NCBI GenBank assembly: GCA_964016885.1
Contig: OZ024745.1
Location: forward strand, 94,302,001 to 94,366,000
Direction: 5' to 3'
DNA: 64,000 bases
DNA from: Eledone cirrhosa
Taxonomy: Eukaryota
Notes under the pieces: model-generated
Databases searched by the model: none
What the model was told of the DNA's origin: nothing
The model's input: only the letters and a program-made list of their open reading frames with translations
Position numbers and translations under genes: made by a program
Shown: piece by piece, positions 38,994 to 54,736 of the stretch
How the letters are laid out: the number at the start of each line of letters is the position of its first letter
Position numbering within the stretch: position 1 is the first letter of the stretch

Positions 38994-39792
38994 GTTTACA
39001 TATACATAAACTTGACAGAGCCATATATATATATATATGTTTTTGGCAACCATTCACGGTGTGGCTCAATGACGAACTAATTAATTAAATAATCAACAAT
39101 CAGAGCAATATATAAGAAAGTAAGTCCATAGAATAATTTGATAAATATATACAGTATTTCTTCTCTCAATCAGCATAATCAACCACACAAAAAATCAATT
39201 AAACGAGGCTATAAGTTTAAAATGAACCTACGAAGAAGCAATAGATAAATAAATGATAGCTATTTTATCCGCGATCCACAGCCACAGTAGATTTACCTAG
39301 TATTTCTAATAGCCCGTAGAAATTGACTAGACATATAGTTAACCATACACAATTAGGTACAAAATAAAAGTTAGAAGAAAAATGTATATAAACATATCAA
39401 AATCATGTTTCTACCTCCGGCGTTTTCATTCGCTTTTTGGAAATATCCGATCATGGATAAATCAACGAGTTTCGAAATCATCAGGAAACAAACTCAATTG
39501 GACAAAGATTTTTCTTAAATGATCCTCGCCAGAAATGAATCCAAAAAGCGAATGAAACCTTCGAGGGTAGAAACAGATCGAACCTTGAGTTGGTCAGTGT
39601 CGAAACGCGCGTCACCAATCAATAAACGTAATGAAGGAGTAACCAATCGTCCTTGTTATCTTATTTAACTATAGTACACTCTGTATAGCTCTACACCTAG
39701 AAACTGAAGTGAACCTAAACATCGAGTGCTCACCCGGGTGAACCTACAGTAACTCCAAGTTACACTCCCTGTATATAAATATATATATATAT

Positions 39793-39975
39793 ATAGAAAC
39801 AGACATATACTACAAGCCCACAGACTCCAAGCAATATCTTCCTTTCAACTCTTGCCACCCTAGACACGTTAAAATTAATATTCCCTACAACTTAGCCAAG
39901 AGAATCTGTACTATAGTCTCCAATAAAAACACCTGCTTCTTACGGCTACAAGAACTAAAGGACACACTCATAGGC
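39793..39975 (+). pseudogene. PLE RT thumb fragment (Neptune/Poseidon-like); duplicate at 41742-41924
   Basis: IETDIYYKPTDSKQYLPFNSCHPRHVKINIPYNLAKRICTIVS. Confidence 0.85.
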
Positions 39976-40362
39976 ATATATATATGAATAGGTATAGTTT
40001 AGATATAATTAGTTATAATTTTATATTCCGATTTCTTTTCCACCTGTCATATATATAACAAGATAAACTTAACGTTCTTCCTGTAATATTGTCGCATAGA
40101 ATTTTTCGCATCTTATTTCCGTTGAGCTTTTTACAGAACAACGAAACCTAGATGTTTTTGTTTCCAATTACTTTTACTTGTTTACCCCCCCCCCCCATAT
40201 ATATATATATATATATACTAGTTGTTGCGTTTCACACATTTTTTTGTAAGAAAATGATGATTGATTTTAAATCAGTGACATCATTTATGGGGAAAAACTC
40301 TGCATTTCAATATTACTCAATGTAAAATTTAATGTATGAAACAATGGAAAACATTATTTTTT

Positions 40363-40547
40363 GATTGGCAGTATTGGTAGAGGGTCGGACGCCATGCTTT
40401 GACGTATAGAGTTACGGCCCTTGCCATTCTGAGTTCAAATCCCGCCAGGGTTAACTTTGCTTTTCATCCTTACGGGGTCGATAAAATAAAGTACCAGTAA
40501 TGCACTGGCTAATTGCTGGCCTTGTGTCTAAAGTAGAAACAATTATT
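40363..40547 (+). mobile_element. tRNA-SINE; further plus-strand copies at 42327-42512, 43447-43604, 46145-46298 and 46320-46495
   Basis: B box GAGTTCAAATCC, core ttcatccttacggggtcgataaaataaagtaccag, tail agtagaaacaattat. Confidence 0.9.
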
Positions 40548-40839
40548 TTTTGTAAAAATAATAATTTTTTGTAATATATGAAATCAAAATTACATTATTA
40601 AATCTTATTCTAATTTTATTTCTTGTAAATAATTTTTTCAAAATATCAATTCAAAACTTTTGTTAATAGGCATGAGATCTTGTCATTTACCTATGGCTTA
40701 AATTTCATATAAACCGAAGGGAAACAATTTTCAGCGGGGTCTTGAGCCCCCGGGGAACCCTAATAGTGGGTTTAACCCCATTAGGGTTTAACCCCCATTA
40801 GGGTGAAATGATATTTTTTATATTTTTTATCCATAACAT

Positions 40840-40907
40840 CTCTGTCTGATGACCCGTCCAGACGTATATTAATATTGTCTGGGATCCAGAAACCTTTGGC
40901 AATGGAG
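40840..40907 (+). ncRNA. Degenerate hammerhead (duplicate at 42806-42873)
   Basis: ctctgt-CTGATGA-…ccagac…gtctgg…-GAAA-cctttgg-CA-atggag; U16.1 changed to C, so probably inactive. Confidence 0.5.
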
Positions 40908-41001
40908 TAGTTATATTTTGTCTTATTCACTTTCTAATTAAATAGTTCTATTCTATACATAGAGCACGCTTTTTTCCTTTGCTTTTCCTTCGGAATTACC
41001 T

Positions 41002-41062
<61 letters not shown>

Positions 41063-42142
41063 CTGTGTGTGTATATGTATGTATAGGTATGGAAAGCCCA
41101 AAATTAGTGCTTCAAACAATAATACCGGACAAAGTACTGTAGTTGATATAATGAACTAAAAATTGACTGCGGTGTCCCAGCATGGTCACAGTGGAATGAC
41201 TGAAATAAGTAAAAGAATATAATGTTTTATTTGTTGAAGCAAATCAATAAAAATGACATTAATTCAATCAGTGTCTCATTAAAAAACAAAAGAAAACAAC
41301 TCAACTAAAACACAAAATAAAAGTTAGAAGAAAAATGTACATAAACATATCAAAATCATGTGTCTACCTCCGGGGTTTTCATTCGGTTTTTGGAAATATC
41401 CGATCATGGATAAATCAACGAGCTTCGAAATCATCAAGAAACAAACTCAATTGGACAAAGATTTTTCTTAAATGATCCCCGCCAGAAACGAATCCAAAAA
41501 GCGAATGAAACCTTCGGGGGTAGAAACAGATCGAACCTTGAACTGGTCAGTGACGAAACGCGCGTCACCAACCAATAAACGTAATGAAGGAGTAACCAAT
41601 CGTCCTTGTTATCTTATTTAACTATAATACACTGTATAGCTCTATACCTAGAAACTGAAGTGAACCTAAACATCGAGTGCTCACCCGGGTGAACCTACAG
41701 TATCTCCAAGTTACACTCCCTGTATATAAATATATATATATATAGAAACAGACATATACTACAAGCCCACAGACTCCAAGCAATATCTTCCTTTCAACTC
41801 TTGCCACCCTAGACACGTTAACATTAATATTCCCTACAACTTAGCCAAGAGAATCTGTACTATAGTCTCCAATAAAAACACCTGCTACTTACGGCTACAA
41901 GACCTAAAGGACACACTCATAGGCATATATATATGAATAGGTATAGTTTAGATATAATTAGTTATAATTTTATATTCTGATTTCTTTTCCACCTGTCATA
42001 TATATAACAAGATAAACTTAACGTTCTTCCTGTAATATTGTCGCATAGAATTTTTCGTATCTTATTTCCATTGAGCTTTTTACAGAACAACGAAACCTAG
42101 ATGTTTTTTGTTTCCATTTACTTTTACTTGTTTACACCCCCC

Positions 42143-42182
<40 letters not shown>

Positions 42183-42994
42183 TAGTTGTTGCGTTTCACA
42201 CATTTTTTTGTAAGAAAATGATGATTGATTTTAAATCAGTGACATAATTTATGGGGAAAAACTCTGCATTTCAATATTACTCAATGTAAAATGTAATGCA
42301 TGAAACAATGGAAAACATTATTTTTTGATTGGCAGTATTGGTAGAGGGTCGGACGCCATGCTTTGACGTATAGAGTTACGGCTCTTGCCATTCTGAGTTC
42401 AAATCCCGCCAAGGTTAACTTTGCCTTTCATCCTTACGGGGTCGATAAAATAAAGTACCAGTAATGCACTGAGTAATTGCTGGCCTTGTGCCTAACGTAG
42501 AAACAATTATTTTTTGTAGAAATAATAATTTTTTGTAATATATCAAATCAAAATTACATCATTAAATCTTATTCTTATTTTATTTCTTGTAAATAATTTT
42601 TTTCAAAATATCAATTCAAAACTTTTGTGAAGAGGCACCATATCTTGTCATTTACCCATGGCTTAAATTTCATATAAACCGAAGGGAAACAATTTTCAGC
42701 GGTCCCTTGAGCCCCCGGGGAACCCTAATAGTGGGTTTAACCCCCATTAGGGTTTAACCCCCATTAGGGTGAAATGATATGTTTTATATTTTTTATCCAT
42801 AGCATCTCTGTCTGATGACCGATCCAGACGTATATTAATATTGTCTGGGATCCAGAAACCTTTGGCAATGGAGTAGTTATATTTTGTGTTGTTCACTCTC
42901 TAATTAAATAGTTCTATTCTATACATAGAGCACTCTTTTTTCCTTTGCTTTTCCTTCGTAATTACCTCACACACACACACACATATATAAATAA

Positions 42995-43064
<70 letters not shown>

Positions 43065-43764
43065 ATATGTATGTATAGGTATGGAAAGCACAAAATTGGT
43101 GCTTCAAACAATAATACCGGACAAAGTACTGTAGTTGATATAATGAAGTAAAAATTGACTGCGGTGTCCCAGCATGGTCACAGTGGAATGACTGAAATTA
43201 GTAAAAGAATATAATGTTTTATTTGTTGAAACAAATCAATAAAAATGACATTAATTCAATCAGTGTCTCATTAAAAAACAAAAGAAAACAACTCAACTAA
43301 AACCCCAAATAGAGGACATATGTTATAACACACATCTTAGTTTGTAAATGTTTATGACAAAACGATGTTGGACCGCCGCCGTTAACAACGAATTTATAAC
43401 TGAAAGTAGTGATAAATCATTTATTAGTCAACATTATGGACATAAACGGACGCCATGCTTTCCAGCAGAGTTATGTCCCTTTACGGTCTGAGTTCAAATC
43501 CCGCCGAGTTTAACTTTGCCTTTCATCCTTACGGGGTCGATAAAATAAAGTACCAGTAATGTACTGGGTGATTGCTGGCCTTGTGCCAAAAGTAGAAACA
43601 ATTATGGACATTAATGGAAAAAATGTTTTAAATGTATTTTATTACCAACGTTGACTGTTGCTAGATATTTTTCCTTGTAAATCTTAAATGTCGATAAATT
43701 CCTCTGCCTAAATTTTTGGAATATGTTCCAGGTGTTCATTTTGTATGTAGTATTTTAATATAGA

Positions 43765-45045
43765 TGATGGAGGTACTCTTAGTAACATTGGTGATGGAAG
43801 GTACTCTTAGTAACATTTTATCATTAGTGGTGGAAGGTACTATAAGTAACATTTTATAATTGGTGGTGGAAGGTACTATAAGTAACATTTTATCATTGGT
43901 AGTGGAAGGTACTCTTAGTAACATTTTATCATTGGTGGTGGAAGGTACTCTTAGTAACATTTTATCATTGGTGGTGGAAGGTACTCTTAGTAACATTTTA
44001 TCATTGGTGGTGGAAGGTACTCCTAGTAACATTTTATCATTGGTGGTGGAAGGTACTATAAGTAACATTTTATCATTGGTGGTGGAAGGTACTATAAGTA
44101 ACATTTTATCATTGGTAGTGGAAGGTACTCTTAGTAACATTTTATCATTGGTAGTGGAAGGTACTCTTAGTAACATTTTATCATTGGTGGTGGAAGGTAC
44201 TCTTAGTAACATTTTATCATTGGTGGTGGAAGGTACTCTTAGTAACATTTTATCATTGGTGGTGGAAGGTACTCTTAGTAACATTTTATCATTGGTGGTG
44301 GAAGGTACTCTTAGTAACATTTTATCATTGGTGGTGGAAGGTACTCTTAGTAACATTTTATCATTGGTGGTGGAAGGTACTCTTAGTAACATTTTATCAT
44401 TGGTGGTGGAAGGTACTCTTAGTAACATTTTATCATTGGTGGTGGAAGGTACTCCTAGTAACATTTTATCATTGGTGGTGGAAGGTACTCTTAGTAACAT
44501 TTTATCATTGGTGGTGGAAGGTACTCTTAGTAACATTTTATCATTGGTGGTGGAAGGTACTCTTAGTAACATTTTATCATTGGTGGTGGAAGGTACTCTT
44601 AGTAACATTTTATCATTGGTGGTGGAAGGTACTCTTAGTAACATTTTATCATTGGTGGTGGAAGGTACTCCTAGTAACATTTTATCATTGGTGGTGGAAG
44701 GTACTCTTAGTAACATTTTATCATTGGTGGTGGAAGGTACTCTTAGTAACATTTTATCATTGGTGGTGGAAGGTACTCTTAGTAACATTTTATCATTAGT
44801 GGTGGAAGGTACTCTTAGTAACATATTATCATTGGTGGTGGAAGGTACTCTTAGTACCATTTTATCATTGGTGGTGGAAGGTACTCCTAGTAACATTTTA
44901 TCATTGGTGGTGGAAGGTACTCTTAGTAACATTTTATCATTGGTGGTGGAAGGTACTCCTAGTAACATTGGTGGTGGAAGGTACTCCTAGTAACATTGGT
45001 GGTGGAAGGTACTCCTAGTAACATTGGTGGTGGAAGGTACTTATA
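43765..45045. repeat. 36-bp minisatellite, roughly 33-35 copies, ending in 27-bp variants
   Basis: Unit tggtggtggaaggtactcttagtaacattttatcat. Confidence 0.97.
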
Positions 45046-47133
45046 GTGAAATTTAAAATTTGGTGATGGAAGTAACTTAAAACTTCAACAAATATGCTAA
45101 ACCTAGAACATGATAGTGAATTCAATACATGTCCAAAAGAATAGTTGTTCTATAGTCACACACACACACACATACACATACACACTTACATAGACACAGA
45201 CAGACACAGACAAAGACACACACATATATATATATACATGAACACATATATATATATACATACATTTATACATACACACATTCACACATACACATACATG
45301 CATACATACTAGATACAAAGATATCCATACATGCATACATACATACACACACACACACATACTTGCATACATATACACATACACATACTTGCATACATAC
45401 ACACATACACATACATGCATACATACACACATACACGTACATGCATACATACACACATACACGTACATGCATACATACCCACATACACATGCTTGCATAC
45501 ATACACACATACACATACATGCATACATACATAATTACATACACAGATACATATATACATACACATACATACATACATAGATACATATATACATACACGC
45601 ATACACACATACACACATACATACCTTATATGATAAAATTATTACGGAAAGCGACGGAGTTATATTTAAAGTTACCTTTATTCAATATTTCACACAGGTG
45701 TTTCAAAGTATCATAGATCTTTCAATGTATCCTTGGAGATTCCTTTTATACAATCTCCTTTTATTCAATGATATTTCCATTGGATTTTAGTTGATATGTT
45801 TAGACGTAAACAATAAATAAATTCGATTTACTTACAAGCAGTGGGCATCAATTTTTTAAGTACTTATCTTTAAAGGAGGTTCCTTTAAATGAAACGCTAT
45901 TGTCATATACTTGTTTATTTACTTATCTGCTTATTTCTGAGTTTTTTTTGAGCGGGTTAGGTTTGTTATGTATGAAGTTAGTAATTAGTTAGATCAATCA
46001 AAGTTTAGAATCTACCAAAGAATCCGTGGAAGATGAGGAGATAGAGAAATGGGAAGAATTTTCAAATCTATAGAATTAACACCCATTTACATTTTTATGT
46101 ATAGTAAATGTTTATTTCCTAAGATTTGATATCTAACTAAATGTTAGTATCGGTAGAGGGTCTGACGCCCTTTATGGTCTGAGTTCAAATCCCGCCGAGG
46201 TTAACTTTGCCTTTCATCCTTACGGTGTCGGTAAAATAAAGTACCAGTAATGTACTGGAATAATTACTCGCCTTGTGCCAAAAGTAGAAACAATTATTTT
46301 CTAGGATACCCTGCTTCGTGACATAGAGTTACAGCCCTTTATGTTCTGAGTTCAAATCCCGCCGAGGTTAAACTTTGTCTTTCATCCTTACGGGGCCAAT
46401 AAAATAAAGTATCAGTAATGCACTGGGGTCGATTTAATCGACTTTCCCCTTCCCTGAAAATTGTTGGCCTTGTGCCTAAAGTAGAAACAATTATTTCCCA
46501 AGAGATAATTGAAGTTGTTTTCGTTATCCCACCTTTTTTTCCAGGTTATCCATTAGAGGCTTTAAGTAAATGTTGAGACTTTTTCCTCTTTGTCTAAAGT
46601 ACCAGTCCAGTACTGGCGTCAGTTCTTCCTCTACAGAAAAAAATCGGCTGTGTTGAGACCTGGAGAAGGTTGGACCCCGCCAGGTTTAAAAGTGCCCTAG
46701 ACACGCCGTATGATAGTGCCTCTACGACTCCACAAGGAGTTTTGGGATCTTTATCCTTTATCCTAAAGACTAACTTAAGTGTCGCCGGACATTTTACAGG
46801 TGTTATTGTTTACATTAGGATATCTACGGATCAAAACAATGGTTTGAACTGCTTTTTATTGTCTTTTAGACGATAAACCTGTGTTTTAGAAGACCAGCCA
46901 TCTCTCCCTCTTCGACGGGGATATCTCTCTCCCACTATAAGATGTGTGAGAGATGTCTTCTCTTGTGAAAATGGGTATAGCTTTCATTATGTAAAATCTC
47001 CCATTTTGCCCCATTTCTCCTCGATTTGGCGCACTTTTTTCATGGTACTCCCTGTTTGGGTTTTTAGAGGTTGTCAGGTCTGGTTTTAGAATTTAGATAT
47101 GTTTTCGAATAGTATTTGTTAGATGTAATTTAT

Positions 47134-47302
47134 TGTTTCTACTTTTGGCACAAGGCCAGCAATTACCCAGTGCATTACTGGTACTTTATTTTATCGACCC
47201 CGTAAGGATGAAAGCAAAGTCAACCTCGCCTTTCATCCTTACGGGGTCGATAAAATAAAGTACTAGTAATGCACTGGGTAATTCCTGGCCTTGTGCCAAA
47301 AG
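47134..47302. mobile_element. Palindromic SINE (two 3' halves, tails outward) with 19-bp TSD
   Basis: TSD tttgttagatgtaatttat at 47115-47133 and 47303-47321. Confidence 0.85.
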
Positions 47303-47493
47303 TTTGTTAGATGTAATTTATGATTTCAGATTAGATACATGTTGTAAATCTCATTGTTTTTTTAGGAGTATATTGCGTTTTTCTTTTTAGATGTGGTGTT
47401 AGGTTACATCTATTTTTGAGAAGCACACATATTCTAATAAGAAACACATACACATATATATATGTATGTCAAGATATCTTATATATATATATA

Positions 47494-48013
47494 CAGTAAT
47501 TTCCCGTTTATCGCGGGGGATACGTTCCAGAACCAACTGCGATAAATGAAAATCCGCGTTATAGAGAGGCCATAAAGACAACTGTTGTTTTCATAGTTTA
47601 AGCCTTAAAATACATCTCCTACACGCTTTAAGTACATATAAACTCATTAAAACACACTTTTGTATTTAAACACCAAAAACAGTCAGTAGCGATCGTATAG
47701 AAAATACTACCAACGATCGTACCCCTAGTTACCAATGACGACCATTACCAGCCATGTTAGCCACTTGGTAATATACTGCACATCTCCCGCCAATCTATGA
47801 AGGGTTTTAGTTCACTTTGAAACGCATTTAATAAGTTTAAAATTTAAACACTCTTTATTGAGAGGTACGTACCGCGATAAGAAAATAGATACGTTCTAAC
47901 GAAAAATCCGCGATGTAGCAAGGATTACCGCGATAGGAAATTGATACGTTCCCCCATAAAATCTGCGATGTAGTGGGACCGCAAAAAATGAACCGCGATA
48001 TAGCGGTGGATTA

Positions 48014-48016
<3 letters not shown>
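47494..48016. mobile_element. pogo/Tigger-type MITE
   Basis: TIRs CAGTAATttcccgtttATCGCGG / CCGCGATatagcggtggATTACTG, TA on both flanks. Confidence 0.85.
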
Positions 48017-48082
<66 letters not shown>

Positions 48083-48085
<3 letters not shown>

Positions 48086-48269
48086 CACTCAGTGCTCCTT
48101 TGGGAGCCCCTACATGGACACACTAGAAGAGGAAGACCAAGGTTAACATATGTTGATGCCCTAAGGACAGACACTGGTCTGTTGGAGATGCAGGATATGG
48201 CAGCGATAATGAGGGACAGAGACCGCTGGAGAGAACTCGTCCATGGATCTCGGGAATCTTACCCGCCTT

Positions 48270-48272
<3 letters not shown>
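48083..48272 (+). mobile_element. RTE-clade LINE 3' fragment in (TA)n
   Basis: Near-identical to 19790-19985. Confidence 0.85.
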
Positions 48273-48310
<38 letters not shown>

Positions 48311-48313
<3 letters not shown>

Positions 48314-48400
48314 TAAAATAACAGATTAAAGTTTAAGCAAAGGATTCTTTGCTTAAACTTTAATCTGTTATTTAAAAAAATATTTGCTCTACGGTTATAT
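48311..48400. mobile_element. Micro fold-back of the U4A-HHR family 3' end
   Basis: taacagattaaagtttaagcaaag / ctttgcttaaactttaatctgtta. Confidence 0.7.
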
Positions 48401-48405
48401 ATGTG

Positions 48406-48464
<59 letters not shown>

Positions 48465-48638
48465 CAAGTAAAAGTAAATCGAAACAAAAACATGTAGGTT
48501 TCGTTGTTCTGTAAAAAGCTCAATGGAAATAAGATGCGAACAAATTCTATCCGACAATATTACAGAAAGAACGTTAAGTTTATCTTGTTATATATATGAC
48601 AGGTGGAAAAGGAATAAGAATATAAAAATTATAACTAA

Positions 48639-48936
48639 TCTATATATCTAAAACAGAGAATGTCTGTTTGTCTGTCTTACTCCCTAAAATTCGAGAACCA
48701 CCCAACCGATTGTTTTCCAAACTTTACGCATGTAATACTTATGGTCCTGTGAGTGTTTTGAGCGAAAGATATTTCAAATTTTCAATGCCCTAGGGACCGC
48801 ATTAGGCGATTTAGCGATCTCTCTCTATAATTCTTAGTCTTACTTTTTAGATAGATACATAGATATAACGTTGCGCCTTTATAATATATGTCTGTATGTC
48901 TGGCTGTCTACATTACGGCATTATGACGTCGCTATA

Positions 48937-48976
<40 letters not shown>

Positions 48977-49259
48977 TATATAGTGTGTAACGTTTTTCGA
49001 AATATTTACTTCTGCGTTCACAGATTGATTTTTTTAGTTACAGAAGATCCCGTTAAGGGTGAAAGCAGCGATTCTTTGCTTAAACTTTAATCTGTTACTT
49101 TAATATATATATATATATAATTATATATTCGTGTACAGATATTTTTGCATACACAATAACAAAATATAAACAAACGTATTTATTTCACGAGGCTCGATAT
49201 ATATCAAATATATAAGAACCCTAGAGCAAATCCCGAGCAACGCCGGACCATTCTGGTAG
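48639..49259 (+). mobile_element. Probable non-autonomous Helitron with nested HHR fragment (49036-49086)
   Basis: A|TCtatatatctaaaa 5' end; subterminal cccgagcaacgccgg and ctggTAG|T 3' end (imperfect CTAG). Confidence 0.5.
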
Positions 49260-49307
49260 TTATACCTAAATTATACCTATACAAGTGTTTCGATTTATAT
49301 ATATATA

Positions 49308-49387
<80 letters not shown>

Positions 49388-49465
49388 CTGTTAGAGCATC
49401 GAGTGCTCAAACGGCCTACCGCTTACGGACGCTTCAATCATCCTACACCAATTATATATATATAT

Positions 49466-50384
49466 AACTTAAAATGCAGTGGGAATACGAAGAAAGCAAG
49501 AACAGTGGGGGGGGGGGAGGGTTTCCTCATCAGTTGTCTACTGGGGGTCTAGGATATTTCTACGCTTTAAAGACAAGATACCACTTCACCCCAGGGCGTC
49601 AATAACTGGATAAGTTATTGAGAAAACGAAGGAAGGAAGAAAAGAAAAGGAGGAGAAAAGAGAAACAGTAACAAAACAGCGAAAAAACACACAAACCGAG
49701 CAACGTTCGAGCAACTATAGGTGGGATATCCAAGACCACTCGATAATAGAACTTACGTTAGAGACCGAGTAATCGTGAGAAATGGCACACGTCCTATCGC
49801 CGCAGTTGTGAGTGAGAAGAGAACTGCTAACGGTCAGACGAGGGGGTGAAAGTGAGAGGGAGAAAGGGAGAGGAAGAAAGTGGGGTAAGAGTAGATAGGG
49901 AGAAAGGGAGGGCAATAAAGAAAGGTGAGAGTAGAAAGTGGCGAAATAGGAAGGTAGAAGGGGAGAGAAGAATGGTCACTGCGAAAAACATGATGAAATA
50001 TATGGAGATTAGAAATGGCTGTGTAGTTGCTATTTAAGGTAACTTAAAATGCAGTGGGATTACGAAGAAAGTAAGAACAGAGGGGGGGGGGGGGGGTAGG
50101 GGTTCCTCACCAGTTGTCTACTGGGGTCTAGGATATACCACTTCACCCCAGGGCGTCAATAACTGGATAAGCTATTGGGAAAAGGAAGGAAGGAGGGAAG
50201 GAAAGCAAAGGGGAAGAAAAGAGAAACAGTAACAAAACAGCGAAAAAAAAACACAAACCGAGCAACGTGCGAGCAACTATAGGTGGGGTATCCAAGACCA
50301 CTCGATAATAGAACTTACGTTAGAGACCGAGTAATCGAGAGAAAAGACACACGTCCTATCGCCGCAGTTGTAAGTGAGAAGAGA
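49466..50384. repeat. Partial tandem (period ~575 bp) of an unidentified non-coding element between (TA)n tracts
   Basis: 49466-49823 repeated at 50041-50384. Confidence 0.85.
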
Positions 50385-50400
50385 ATATATATATATATAT

Positions 50401-51287
50401 GAGAAAGTATGACCCCGACGGCAGAGCTCAAGCCGTTTCGACGGCTATTTCTGGACTAAAGTAAGAGTTTTTAGTCTGGTAAATAAATAGCCGAACTTTC
50501 CAAGGGGTACTTTCTTATATGGGAAGATTGTAGTTATCAAGGGGATTGGTCAAAATTTGTAGCAGACACAGAAAAGTCTATCATGGCAGTGGATGCGGGG
50601 TGGGGGTGGCTGAGCTTGCCTGTAGAACGATAGGGGAGTGGGTAGAGCCGGTCAAGCGTTGAAGGTGAAATCTATACGGCAAATTCTAAGGAATGTGTAT
50701 GAAAGTAGGCCAGAGGAGGTAGGCGAAAAAAGGTTTCTTGAGAAAATGGAGGAGGGACGTTATAGAATTGGTAAATCAAATGAGATTAGGAGACAATGAA
50801 AAAATATAATAAAAAGAACATAATAAAAAATGAGAGAAAGATATATCATAATGTAAGATTGGAAAGTGAGAAGTGAAATAAAACAAAAACTAAGGAGTCT
50901 AACAGAGCTGCTATATTTAGTTGGTGTTGCTTTTTAGGCCAATGCTATAGAATGAGTTGCTAGATGAGAATCATTGAAATTTTAGAATTGGGTATTAAAA
51001 ATTAATACATCTCTGGGGTCTAATACAGCTGCCATGAATAGTTAGGATAGCGTAATCGGCCAATGCTATCTATAAGTTACAGGGGTGGGAGTACTGAGGC
51101 TAAAGAGGCCCGATGGGCTGCCTCGGGATAGGCGAAAGGGAAAAAAAACAAAGAAACGAACGAGGAAGAAAATCGGTGGTGGAAAGAAGTGATAGGAGGA
51201 GACAAAGGGAAGAAGAAAACATAGAGGAAAAGAAAAGAGGTACATCTACCTATATAAGTTGGGGTTTTCGCTATCTTATTCGGCAAT
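50401..51287 (-). mobile_element. PLE family-B-like 3' UTR with variant HHR at 50403-50514
   Basis: gaaagta-cccc-TTGGAAA-gttcggcta…tagccgtc-GAAA-cggcttgagctctgccg-TC-gggg-tca-tactttc; patchy homology to 37033-38235. Confidence 0.8.
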
Positions 51288-54593
<3,306 letters not shown>

Positions 54594-54661
54594 TTGATGG
54601 TAGCTATGATGCTTCCATAGGCGGTATGCCGGTTGAGCACTCTATGTTCTTACAGAGCAGA

Positions 54662-54729
<68 letters not shown>

Positions 54730-54736
54730 TATATAT

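Larger units (their letters stand above)
39359..43303 (+). repeat. Older ~1.95-kb tandem duplication (39359-41311 / 41312-43303)
   Basis: Colinear units with scattered substitutions; each holds a PLE fragment, a SINE and a degenerate HHR. Confidence 0.92.

Noticed and set aside
43736-44990. 410-aa and 376-aa repeat proteins, or a CRISPR-like array
   Set aside because: Contiguous 36-bp units with no unique spacers, no cas genes and a eukaryotic context
46650-47100. Possible RLE-type LINE remnant on the minus strand
   Set aside because: Too degenerate to support by eye
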